The position numbers and the translations under genes were made by a program. 44,521 nt of DNA from a virus (taxonomy: Duplodnaviria; Caudoviricetes): IMG/VR virus record IMGVR_UViG_3300038379_000430, positions 1 to 44,521 of that record. One strand, 5' to 3'. This document shows positions 17,471-25,664 of this stretch, one piece after another. How positions within the stretch are numbered: the first letter of the stretch is position 1; each line of letters starts with the position of its first letter. The notes under the pieces were generated by a model. The model ran no database searches. It was not told where the DNA came from and worked only from the letters and a program-made list of their open reading frames with translations.

Positions 17471-17516
17471 CGCTTCTCCTGCGGCGGAAAGTGAGTCTCC
17501 GCCGCGTCCGTCTCGC

Positions 17517-18065
17517 TTACGATCCGGCCGCCTCCATCTGCGGATTGAGCGGCACCTCCTCGGAGACCGTGCGGACGTCGGCGGCCCGGACGAGCACCTC
17601 CGCTTCCAGGTCCTCCAGCGCCACCAGCACGCGCGCGCCGTCCGGCTCGTGCGCGCGGGCCTCGCCGCGCCGTCCGTCGCGCAGCACCACGCACACCGGC
17701 GTCTCGCCATCGTTCGCCTCCAGTCGGCACAAAACGAAGGGCCGCCGATGCTCCACGCAGTGGTCTTGGGCGTCCACCTCACAGATGGAATAGAACTTCC
17801 TCTCCTCGCCACACTCGCCACAAGTCAGGTAGCTTCCGCCGCTGTCCCCGATTTCGCCGGTATTCAACTCGCGGGAGACGTCCTGCCAGATTCTCCATGA
17901 CCCGCAGACCGGGCAGCGGTAGAGCCGGCCGCTCTCCGTCGGCTGGTGAACGCCGAGCGGCCCAGCTTCGCAAGAGGCCAGCCCCGCCTCGTTCACCCAC
18001 ACAGCGTCGGCCTCGCGTGCCCGGATTCGATGCGTGCAGTGCATACACAGCTTCGCGTCGCTCAT
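17517..18065 (-). CDS. Multi-Zn-finger hypothetical protein
   Basis: CMHC, CPVC, CGEC, HCVEH motifs; RBS AAGGAAGAG. Confidence 0.7.
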   Translation of the reverse strand: MSDAKLCMHCTHRIRAREADAVWVNEAGLASCEAGPLGVHQPTESGRLYRCPVCGSWRIWQDVSRELNTGEIGDSGGSYLTCGECGEERKFYSICEVDAQDHCVEHRRPFVLCRLEANDGETPVCVVLRDGRRGEARAHEPDGARVLVALEDLEAEVLVRAADVRTVSEEVPLNPQMEAAGS

Positions 18066-18080
18066 GGTCTCTTCCTTTCC

Positions 18081-18626
18081 CTACCGGGAGCGCCGGTAGC
18101 GGTCGGCGCACGCACGCGCGGCGCGGTCCGCCCGCTCCGCCGCTGTGCGCTCTTCGAGCACCTCGCGGATGCTGGCCCATCGTCCGCCCGCGGCGCACAC
18201 GAGATGGTCATACACCTGGACCTGGACGATGCCTGCGGCAGCGCATAGACGGGCCGTCGCTTCAACGTCCGCATCCGATGGGCTCGGGTCTCCGCTCGGG
18301 TGGTTGTGACTCACGTAGAGGCCCGCGGCCCCCTCGCGGACCGCGGTTCGCAGTAGCGGCCCGGGGTGGATCGGCACGCTCCCGATGCCCCCGCGCGATA
18401 CGAGCTCGCACGCGAGCGCTTGTCTTCGGCTATCGATGAGCAGCACAGCGAGACACTCACAGGTCTCGTGACCGATCCAATCCGCGAAGAAGCGGCCGGC
18501 GACTTCCACGTCGACGGGCTCGGCCCCGAGCGGCCGCGTGCCGCGCAGCACGAGCGCAACCTCGAGCACGCGCCCGGAGCCCGTCGGCCGAGCCTCGCGC
18601 AGTAGTGCCTCCAGTCCGGGCGTCAC
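18081..18626 (-). CDS. RadC-like JAB/MPN domain protein
   Basis: E..AVLLID..VSRGG..IHP..HNHPSGDPSPSDAD..YDHLV. Confidence 0.9.
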   Translation of the reverse strand: MTPGLEALLREARPTGSGRVLEVALVLRGTRPLGAEPVDVEVAGRFFADWIGHETCECLAVLLIDSRRQALACELVSRGGIGSVPIHPGPLLRTAVREGAAGLYVSHNHPSGDPSPSDADVEATARLCAAAGIVQVQVYDHLVCAAGGRWASIREVLEERTAAERADRAARACADRYRRSR

Positions 18627-18796
18627 CGGGGCCGCTCCGGCGCGCGCACGTTGCCCGGGCAGTCGCGCGCGCCATCGGGACCCGGTAGCAGGCGGTGGCC
18701 CCCGCCCGGTCGTTCGCCGCAGTGGGGGCAGCGCAGGGCCTGCGCTGCGCGTCGATCGCGCGCCGCCTGCGCGCGTGCTTGGGCGTCGACTCGCAT
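18623..18796 (-). CDS. Small Zn-binding hypothetical protein
   Basis: CPHC..H..C; overlapping start/stop codons on both sides. Confidence 0.55.
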   Translation of the reverse strand: MRVDAQARAQAARDRRAAQALRCPHCGERPGGGHRLLPGPDGARDCPGNVRAPERPR

Positions 18797-18978
18797 CACT
18801 GGCCCCCCCGGTGCATTGAGAGCGCGCAGCACGCGAGCGAGCAGCACCCCAGGAAGAGCGCCGCCACGCGGTCCGTCTCATCGAACGGCGCGCCGCGCCA
18901 CGCCGCGCCCGCGAGGCACGCGGCCGCGAGCGCCGCGAAGGCGAACGCGAGAAGCACCCGAGCTAGCGGCGCGTGCAT
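18796..18978 (-). CDS. Small two-TM membrane protein
   Basis: Two hydrophobic helices; TGATG coupling with the next gene. Confidence 0.55.
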   Translation of the reverse strand: MHAPLARVLLAFAFAALAAACLAGAAWRGAPFDETDRVAALFLGCCSLACCALSMHRGGQ

Positions 18979-19850
18979 GCGCCCTCCGCCGCGCCGAAGA
19001 GCGCATTGGCGAGACCCTGGGCGTATTCCGTCAGGCGCTCAGATTCGGCCCATCCGAAGCCGAAGCAGTAGTCAATTCCGCCGCGCGTCAGCGCCTCGGG
19101 GATCGGTTCCTCCGGTCGCTGCCCGTGGCCCATTGAGCCGACGCCGACCGACCAGCGCGCGGAAAACCCGATCATACGCAGCATCGCGGGCGAACCAGCG
19201 GACAGGATGCGCTCTACGTCCAGCGGCTCATGGGCCTCCTTCGCCGGCCAGTAGAGCCCGAGGTGCCGTACCACTCCTGCGGGCTCCGATCCGTCGAGCA
19301 GGGTGGGCGCGCCGTACTGGATCGGCGTCACCTCGACGCCGTAGCCCTGCCGATAGAGCGCGTCCGACGCGGCCGCGCAGGATCCGACGATGCGGGCGAA
19401 TACGGTCGGGTCGCTGGACGATGGCACGCAGACATTCAACGCGAGCCGGAAGGTTCGGCGCTTGGCGACCCGGTGACGACTGGCCCAATGATCGGGGTCC
19501 CCGGCCGCGACGCGCGCCGTGTCGATTTCCTGCCCTTCCTCCGCGTACCGGCGCTTGCGCCTCGCGCTCGGGGCGAACGCGAGCACCTGGGCCGTCACTG
19601 CGCGCTCGACGCTCTCGCGCATGCTCTCGTAGGCATCGCGCGCCGCCGGCAGCGCGATGCCATCGGCCAGTAAGCGCGCCGCCCGTTCGGGCGCGTTCTC
19701 ACCGGTGAGCCCTGTCCGCCAGTGGTCCGGATCGGTGGTGTCGCCGCGGAACGTGGCAAGCGCGGCCGCGCGGTCCACGATGCGCGTCACCACGAGCAGG
19801 GAGCCATCGCTGAGGCGTCGATCCTCGCGGTCCACGATTTTAGAGCGCAT
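18963..19850 (-). CDS. vWA-like partner of the AAA+ ATPase
   Basis: EEGQEIDTARVAAGDPDHW, LALNVCVPSS, DALYRQGYGVEV, KEAHEPLD..PAMLR; directly downstream of the MoxR-type ATPase. Confidence 0.6.
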   Translation of the reverse strand: MRSKIVDREDRRLSDGSLLVVTRIVDRAAALATFRGDTTDPDHWRTGLTGENAPERAARLLADGIALPAARDAYESMRESVERAVTAQVLAFAPSARRKRRYAEEGQEIDTARVAAGDPDHWASRHRVAKRRTFRLALNVCVPSSSDPTVFARIVGSCAAASDALYRQGYGVEVTPIQYGAPTLLDGSEPAGVVRHLGLYWPAKEAHEPLDVERILSAGSPAMLRMIGFSARWSVGVGSMGHGQRPEEPIPEALTRGGIDYCFGFGWAESERLTEYAQGLANALFGAAEGACTRR

Positions 19851-21072
19851 CGATGACTACCCCATCAAGCGCCTTCGCCTTCTCTTCCTCGCTCCAGCCT
19901 GCCAGCACGCGCTCCACGATGGCCTCGCGCTGGTTGGCCCAGCGCTCGGGGTTCGCGAGGATCAGCGCGCCCGCGTGCTCGATGAGCCGCATGCTCACCA
20001 CGCGCCGGACGCGGTGCTCTTCCACGTTCGAGCGCAGCTTGGCGAGCAGCGGTGCTAGCCATTCCGCATCGCGCCCGTAGCCCTTCGCGATCGCCCGTTC
20101 GAGCGCCCGATCAGGCTGCATGACGAAGGTGACCGCGGCGAACCGATCGAGCAGGGCCGCGTCTTGCTGGTTCCGCCCGCTGTAGAGGTGCGAGCCCCCG
20201 GTGACGTCGTTCGCGGCGAGCATCAGGGCGAAGTTGGGATGCTTCTTCGCGACCGGAGACAGCGGCCGGTTCGGGACGCTGAAGGCTCCGTTGGCGACGC
20301 CCGCGTTCAGCGCGAGCGTCACGTTGGGATCCAGGGCGTCCGCCTCATCGAGCAGGCACAGTCCGCCGTTCTCGATCGCGTCGAGCAGCGGAGTACCCAG
20401 GAAGCTGCCGTCCAGTAGCAGGCGGCCCATCAACTGCGCCTCGGACGTCCCGCCCGTGCAGGAAAGAAAAAAGAAGGGCCGGTCCAGGGCCGCGGCAACC
20501 TGCTTTGCGAGCGTGGTCTTGCCGCACCCAGCCGGGCCCAGTAGAAGCGCCTTGCCCGTCAGCGCGACTGCCTCCACGACGTCAGGCAGCGCCGCATGCG
20601 CGAGCCCCTCCAGGATCCGGGGCTCCGGACGCTCGGGGACGTTGACCGTGATGGACGCGGACAGGTCCAGGTGGGACACCTCATCGGCCACGATGCGCCG
20701 GACCGCTGCCTCGTCCAGCGGCGCGGAGAGTTGCGCGCTCGCGATCATCTGCGCGAGCGCCGCGGCAACCTGTTCGGCCGCGGCGCTCGGGCTCGCGCCG
20801 CCGGTCGCGACCGGAGCGGCGCTCGCGGCGACGGTGGCGGCCGCGTGGGTCGCAGTCGACGCGCCCACCCCTTCCCCTTCCACGACGCCGAGCGGCTGGC
20901 CGTCACGGGCCACGCGAGTGCCGCGATAGCAGCGCTCGCCGGCCAGTAGCGAATCGATCAGGTCCGCTTTGCCGGCGGAAGCCGTCCAACTGCCTCCCAG
21001 GTCGGCGTCCTGGACGAGCTTGCGGAGTTGCTCGCGCGGCAGCGTTTCGAGATAGGATCGCGTGTAGGCCAT
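19840..21072 (-). CDS. MoxR/CbbQ/CobS-type AAA+ ATPase with N-terminal helix-extension-helix domain
   Basis: Walker A GPAGCGKT, Walker B CLLDEAD, KKHPNF..AAN, YSGRNQQDAALLDRF, RRVVSMR. Confidence 0.9.
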   Translation of the reverse strand: MAYTRSYLETLPREQLRKLVQDADLGGSWTASAGKADLIDSLLAGERCYRGTRVARDGQPLGVVEGEGVGASTATHAAATVAASAAPVATGGASPSAAAEQVAAALAQMIASAQLSAPLDEAAVRRIVADEVSHLDLSASITVNVPERPEPRILEGLAHAALPDVVEAVALTGKALLLGPAGCGKTTLAKQVAAALDRPFFFLSCTGGTSEAQLMGRLLLDGSFLGTPLLDAIENGGLCLLDEADALDPNVTLALNAGVANGAFSVPNRPLSPVAKKHPNFALMLAANDVTGGSHLYSGRNQQDAALLDRFAAVTFVMQPDRALERAIAKGYGRDAEWLAPLLAKLRSNVEEHRVRRVVSMRLIEHAGALILANPERWANQREAIVERVLAGWSEEEKAKALDGVVIDAL

Positions 21073-21114
21073 CGGTCCGTTGCTCCCCTCCCGGCGGAAG
21101 TGCCGGATTGGCGC

Positions 21115-21143
21115 AGTCTGACCGCCCGCCGCGAGCTTGTCAA
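21115..21143 (-). promoter_or_regulatory. Sigma70-like promoter for the leftward early operon
   Basis: TTGACA(21143-38)-17-CAGACT(21120-15), about 40 nt upstream of ATG 21072. Confidence 0.6.
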
Positions 21144-21585
21144 GACCAGTTGTCCCGATCGCGACGAATCGTCCAGGTTGGCGCTCATGGTGTCGGGCAT
21201 CGGTACGTCGCCGGCTGGGCTTGAGGCCCCCGCGGCCCGAGTCGCCCGGTCCGCCAGCGGCCGGCCGCAGGGCCGGGGGCGACCCCTGGGAGGGCGACCC
21301 CGGAGCCGGTCTCGGGAGCGCCGGGAGCGTCCAAGGGCAAGGCGCATGGGCAAGCGCAAGACGGGAGGTGGATGGGGGGAGGAAACTCGAAGCAGACTCA
21401 ACTTTTCCGGGCCGACCCCCACGCGCGTTCTAGATGCCCGAGCGATGGCAGGCGTCGATCGCGTCGAGCGCGCTGGAGTGCGCCGAAGCGCCGTCTAGAC
21501 GGGCAGAGTGCCTCACGAGGCCCAGGAAGAGGACGTCCGTTCAAGGCTCTTTTCGTCTAAGTGCCCGTCAACGCTGACGAATCGC

Positions 21586-21613
21586 ACTTGACATAATGGA
21601 TATTATCGGACAT
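21586..21613 (-). other. dif-like XerC/XerD recombination site
   Basis: Minus strand ATGTCCGATAA-TATCCA-TTATGTCAAGT: 11-6-11 architecture with inner ATAA/TTAT symmetry; right arm resembles the E. coli XerD arm TTATGTTAAAT; AT-rich island in a non-coding gap. Confidence 0.85.
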
Positions 21614-21991
21614 CCCCGCGGGGTACCCGGGGTCACCCCCGGTCGAGGCGGCGCCAGGTGCCCGGCCCCGGTCACGGGTCCCCTCCGTCTCCCCGCGCGG
21701 CGTCTCACACGTTGGGCGGGGTCTCTCACGCGCGGCCCTCTGCCGGATCTGCGTGGTTCCTGGGCTGGATGGTTCACGCGCGAGCGGGCCGCTAAGCTCG
21801 AGCGCGACGTGCTGGCCCGCCGATCCCCCAGATCATGCGCGGCCAGCGCAACGCAGGGCCTCGGGCGTCGTCCCCCCGGTCGATCGCTCGGGGCCCTGCG
21901 CCTTCGGCGCGTCCGGAGGGAGCCCGGTGGATACACCTCGGGCAGCCTTCTTCGGATTGCGCGTGAACGGCTGGGGCCGCCGGGGGCGTTG

Positions 21992-22273
21992 TCAGATCTT
22001 CGCGGCGTCCGCTGCTTGGACCGCGAGAGTGCTCGGGCTGCTGTCCCCGCACGGTCCTTGCTGCGGCAGGCCCGACTTGCCGAGGTCCTCGGCTTCGGCC
22101 GCTCGGGGCGGCACCGGAGCGCCCTGCACTTCCGGCTCCGGTTGCGACGCCGCTGAGGCGTTCGCCGGAGCCGCAGCCGGCTCGCGCTGCGGATCGGGGT
22201 CAGGCGCGCCAGGCACTGAGCCGTCGAAGCCGCGCTGGACGTCGCACCATCGAGCGCCGCGCTCCGTGCTCAT
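21992..22273 (-). CDS. Pro/Ala-rich, probably disordered hypothetical protein
   Basis: RBS GGAGGG before ATG 22273. Confidence 0.45.
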   Translation of the reverse strand: MSTERGARWCDVQRGFDGSVPGAPDPDPQREPAAAPANASAASQPEPEVQGAPVPPRAAEAEDLGKSGLPQQGPCGDSSPSTLAVQAADAAKI

Positions 22274-22397
22274 TGAGCCCTCCGCCCGCAGGCGGCCGCG
22301 CCCCCACGGCGCCCCGTCTGCGATGATGTCCGCACGTTCGCCGATCGGACCCCGCCGCGTCAATCCCAAATCGCATCCAGGGACGTCGTTTTTCCGC

Positions 22398-22426
22398 TTG
22401 ACGGCACTCGCGAGGTCTGGCATGAT
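22398..22426 (+). promoter_or_regulatory. Sigma70-like promoter for the rightward late arm
   Basis: TTGACG-17-CATGAT with extended TG. Confidence 0.65.
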
Positions 22427-22432
22427 CCCGTC

Positions 22433-22583
22433 GCTAGCAACAGGGCTAGCGAGCACTCGGTTGCGATGATCCACCGGGAGGGCACCAGAAGCGAGGTTCC
22501 CAGTTCCGTAGGCACGGGGCGGGCGGGGGCTCGGCCGAGTCTGCGGTAAGTGGAGAAACTGAGGGGAGCTGGTGCCCTCCCGG
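22433..22583 (+). ncRNA. Candidate structured leader or small RNA
   Basis: GCTAGC hairpin, then a perfect 15-bp inverted repeat (22474-88 with 22569-83) enclosing further stems. Confidence 0.4.
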
Positions 22584-22623
22584 GCGGCCGTCGTTGGCCT
22601 GAGTCGCGTAGTGGGGGATCCGC

Positions 22624-22830
22624 GTGGGTCGAGAGCTTCCGACCGCTGCTCCGGCAAAGTTCCGCATGGAGTGGCCGGCGCTCGATCATCAGCTGCGCTC
22701 CGAGGCCACTCGGCTGCGGCGCCACGCTGCCGAGCTCGATGCGCTCGCCGATGCCTTCTGCATCGACCAGCCGCTCGGCGAGCAGGCGTGGCAGGCGATC
22801 CGAGCGCTGCTGAACCGGGCCCGTGGCTGA
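22624..22830 (+). CDS. Hypothetical protein
   Basis: RBS-like GGGGGA before GTG; helical sequence. Confidence 0.5.
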   Translation: MGRELPTAAPAKFRMEWPALDHQLRSEATRLRRHAAELDALADAFCIDQPLGEQAWQAIRALLNRARG

Positions 22831-22847
22831 TGGCGCCGAGGTAGCCC

Positions 22848-23030
22848 ATGCGCCTGCCCATGCGGAGCGCGTTCGGGTGGCTGCGCTACGCCTTCGCCTG
22901 CGCGCGCTGGCGCGATCGCATGCCGGACGTGCTCGAGCTCTACGCCGTCCATGGCATGACGCGCGAGGCCGCGGTCGCGATCTACGAGGCTTGGCTCCGC
23001 GAGCGGCCGCTCCTCGAGGACTTCGTGTGA
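22848..23030 (+). CDS. Hypothetical protein
   Basis: RBS GAGG; coupled to the next gene. Confidence 0.55.
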   Translation: MRLPMRSAFGWLRYAFACARWRDRMPDVLELYAVHGMTREAAVAIYEAWLRERPLLEDFV

Positions 23031-23305
23031 GCCGGGCGCGCGTGATCGGCGTGACGGGCTGCTCGCACGCGCAGTTCCGGCGCTACCTCGAGCCAGGGAC
23101 GCCCGCCGGCACGCGGCTCGTCTACATCGACCACGAACGCACCGATCCGCCGCTGCGCGGCGCCGAGGTCGTGCTTGCGCTCCACCTCGTCTCGCACGGA
23201 TTCATCGAGTGGCTCGGTAGGGCGCAGGTGCAAGTCCGCTTCGTGCGCGGCGGCTGGGCGCGCGCGCGCGCCGCCCTCGTTGAGCTCGCACAGGAGGCCC
23301 CGTGA
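23027..23305 (+). CDS. Small alpha/beta protein (DUF2325-like)
   Basis: AEVVLALHLVSH..VRFVRGG; GTGA overlaps at both ends. Confidence 0.5.
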   Translation: MSRARVIGVTGCSHAQFRRYLEPGTPAGTRLVYIDHERTDPPLRGAEVVLALHLVSHGFIEWLGRAQVQVRFVRGGWARARAALVELAQEAP

Positions 23306-23493
23306 AGCTCGCACTCGAGGCACTCGCCACGGTCCCGGGCGGGGTGCGTCTCTCGCGGACGAATTCGTTCGGCTACCGGGTCGAGGTGCTGGGCGCGTCG
23401 TCCGAGTCACGCGACCTCGAAGCGGCCATCAGCGGCTTGCTGAAGGGCCTGCTCGTGCCGGAAGCCGCTCGAGCAGAGACGGAGGGAACGTGA
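23302..23493 (+). CDS. Hypothetical protein
   Basis: RBS AGGAGG; coupled to neighbours. Confidence 0.6.
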   Translation: MKLALEALATVPGGVRLSRTNSFGYRVEVLGASSESRDLEAAISGLLKGLLVPEAARAETEGT

Positions 23494-24272
23494 GCAAGCG
23501 ACCGCCGCCGCCGCGCCAGATCGGCGACCCGGATCCGGACCGCCCGAAGAAGTCCGCCCGCGGCGGTCGCGTGCAGCCGAAGCGCGGCAAGCGCGCCGTC
23601 GATCAGCTGATCGCCGGGTCCGGTCAGGGACTCGAGGTCATGCCGCCAGGGTTCTTGCGCGGCCGCGCCCCCGACGCCAAGGTCGCCCCGTTCAGCGAGA
23701 CGCTTGGCCGCGAGCAGGTCCGGATCCCCGAGGTGATCCAGACCGAGGACGGCCAGGAGGTCGAGCTCGAGCTGACCGTCAACCAGCGCGAGATGCTGGG
23801 CATGGTGCTCGCCGGCGCCACCACAGCCGCGATCGCCGAGCGCTTCGGCATGACGGTCCCGTCCGTGCGCAACATCCTATCCGGCCGGCGAAGCGCCCAC
23901 GTGCGCGAAGCCTACCGCCTGTTGCTCGAGGCGAGCGGCATCAACGCGCCGCGCCTGGTCGCCAAGACGCTCGAGCTGCTGTCCGCGCAGCGCGCGCAGT
24001 GGAACCCGGACACGAAGTCCTGGGACAAGTTCCCGGACTACTCCACCCAGCTCGGGACCTGGCGCGTGCTGATCCAGTTGCTCGGGTTCATGCCGGCGCG
24101 CGCGCAAGCGGCCGCCGGCACTGGTCCGGCCGTCGTGATCAATCACAACCTCGGAGCGGAAGGCCAAGCGCCGCCCCAGGAGGGCACGTTCGTGATCAAC
24201 GTCGGCGCCGGCGGCCGCGCGCGGGTCGAGGGCGAGAACGACGTGCTCGACGTCGAGGCCGAGCAGCCATGA
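23490..24272 (+). CDS. Putative terminase small subunit (HTH DNA-binding)
   Basis: LTVNQREML..GATTAAIAERFGMTVPSVRNIL HTH; PDYSTQL helix; VVINHNLG..DVLDVEAE tail; upstream of TerL. Confidence 0.6.
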   Translation: MSKRPPPPRQIGDPDPDRPKKSARGGRVQPKRGKRAVDQLIAGSGQGLEVMPPGFLRGRAPDAKVAPFSETLGREQVRIPEVIQTEDGQEVELELTVNQREMLGMVLAGATTAAIAERFGMTVPSVRNILSGRRSAHVREAYRLLLEASGINAPRLVAKTLELLSAQRAQWNPDTKSWDKFPDYSTQLGTWRVLIQLLGFMPARAQAAAGTGPAVVINHNLGAEGQAPPQEGTFVINVGAGGRARVEGENDVLDVEAEQP

Positions 24273-24505
24273 GCAACGACAGCGCAATGCCGCTCGCTGG
24301 GGTCGCTCCCTTGAACGTGCGAATCTCGCTGGATCTGCGCGTGCGGCTCGCCGCCTTCTCCGAGATCAGTGGGCTCAGCATGCAGCAGATCGTCGGCGAC
24401 GCGATCCGCGGTCACTTGGCGCGCCTGGTCACCATGTCCGAGCCAGCCGACCGGGCGGCCTACGATGCCCTGGTCGACGTGCGGCGCCGGAACACACTGC
24501 GATGA
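24269..24505 (+). CDS. Ribbon-helix-helix (Arc/CopG-like) regulator
   Basis: LNVRISLDLRVRLAAFSEISGLSMQQIVGDAIRGHL. Confidence 0.75.
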   Translation: MSNDSAMPLAGVAPLNVRISLDLRVRLAAFSEISGLSMQQIVGDAIRGHLARLVTMSEPADRAAYDALVDVRRRNTLR

Positions 24506-24915
24506 CCGAGCTCGCTGGTGGAAACGAGCTCGTCCGGCACCCGCGCTGTGCGACCTGCGAGGAGCCGGTTCCGAACGCCGTCCACTGCACGATCTGCGGC
24601 GCGCACCTGCACCCGGCCTGTGCGCCGCGGGTCGCGACGGACGCCGCGTTCGACGCCGTGCTGCGGCTGCTCGCGGCGGGGCTCAACACGTCGATGCTGA
24701 AGGGCCGCGCGAACCGCTATGGACCGCAAGCCGCGATCCTCGCGCTGTCGGCCGTGCTGACCGCCATCTGGGGTCGGCCGATGCGTGCCGCCGTCGCCGA
24801 AGGGCGCCTTCCGATCGGCCTGGATGCCGTCCGGTTCGCGAAGGAAGCGGCGCGACTCGACGACTCCTGGGAGGCGCTCGCGGCGGAGCTCCTGCTGCTC
24901 GAGGGCCATCGGTGA
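24502..24915 (+). CDS. Zn-finger hypothetical protein
   Basis: CATC..CTIC..HPAC. Confidence 0.65.
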   Translation: MTELAGGNELVRHPRCATCEEPVPNAVHCTICGAHLHPACAPRVATDAAFDAVLRLLAAGLNTSMLKGRANRYGPQAAILALSAVLTAIWGRPMRAAVAEGRLPIGLDAVRFAKEAARLDDSWEALAAELLLLEGHR

Positions 24916-24924
24916 ACGAGGAGG

Positions 24925-25233
24925 GTGATCCAGATGAAGCCTGAAGTCTACGCGATGGTCCTCATGCAGATCGGCGCGATGGGTTCGATCGCCGCCGACC
25001 TGCCCCTCGAGGACGCTCAGGCCGCGCTCAGCAAGGCGGACAGCCTCGGCGCCGTCCTGGACCCGTCCGCGTACCGGACCGCGCTAGCGGACGGCACGAT
25101 CGAGATGCAACGCGAGATGCTGAACGCGGCGCTCGCGCTCAAGCGTGCGACTCTCCGCTGTCGCGCGCTCGCGGAGGGACGGCAGAGCGCCAAGCCCCTC
25201 GCGGAAATCCAGCGGAACAAGGAACCCGACTGA
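24925..25233 (+). CDS. Hypothetical protein
   Basis: RBS GAGGAG; ADSLGAVLDPSAYR motif. Confidence 0.65.
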   Translation: MIQMKPEVYAMVLMQIGAMGSIAADLPLEDAQAALSKADSLGAVLDPSAYRTALADGTIEMQREMLNAALALKRATLRCRALAEGRQSAKPLAEIQRNKEPD

Positions 25234-25234
25234 C

Positions 25235-25453
25235 ATGAGCGACAACGTGAAGTGGAATCGGAAGGTCCTCGGACATGCGGCCGAGTACCTGGCGGCGAGC
25301 GGGATCCGTCTCTCGCCCGGGATCAAGATCCACATCGAGGTGCGCGAGACGCACAAGAAGAACGAGCACCTCGTCGTCGTCTCGGACGACGCGGGCACGA
25401 AGATCGGCGCGTTCTTCGAGCGCGCGCCGAAGGCGGAGAGAGCAACGACATGA
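25235..25453 (+). CDS. Hypothetical protein
   Basis: Tight spacing; coupled to the next gene. Confidence 0.6.
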   Translation: MSDNVKWNRKVLGHAAEYLAASGIRLSPGIKIHIEVRETHKKNEHLVVVSDDAGTKIGAFFERAPKAERATT

Positions 25454-25647
25454 AGTGGCTGCTGTTCGTCTCGGCCATCGGCAGCTGGGGCCAGCCGACG
25501 ACGCCTCCGGTGCAGCCCCAGCCGGCCCGCTACGAGCGCGCGGAGTGTCTGGCGCTCCGCGTTTGGTGGGAGGCTGCCGGCTACAAGGCCGACTGCCTGC
25601 CCGCGGAGCCGATTCCCTACCCCGGACCGCTCGAGCGCAAGCGCTGA
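25450..25647 (+). CDS. Small hypothetical protein, possibly exported
   Basis: MKWLLFVSAIG N-terminus and a Cys pair. Confidence 0.55.
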   Translation: MKWLLFVSAIGSWGQPTTPPVQPQPARYERAECLALRVWWEAAGYKADCLPAEPIPYPGPLERKR

Positions 25648-25664
25648 GCAAGGGAGATGCGGTC

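Noticed and set aside
21588-21600. TTGACATAAT as a consensus sigma70 promoter
   Set aside because: The -35-like and -10-like hexamers abut with no 17-bp spacer; the 11-6-11 dif layout explains the sequence better.
21028-22469. Long ORFs 21028-21498, 21596-22156 and 21753-22469
   Set aside because: Arg/Pro/Gly-rich, no RBS, no motifs; typical spurious ORFs in high-GC DNA.
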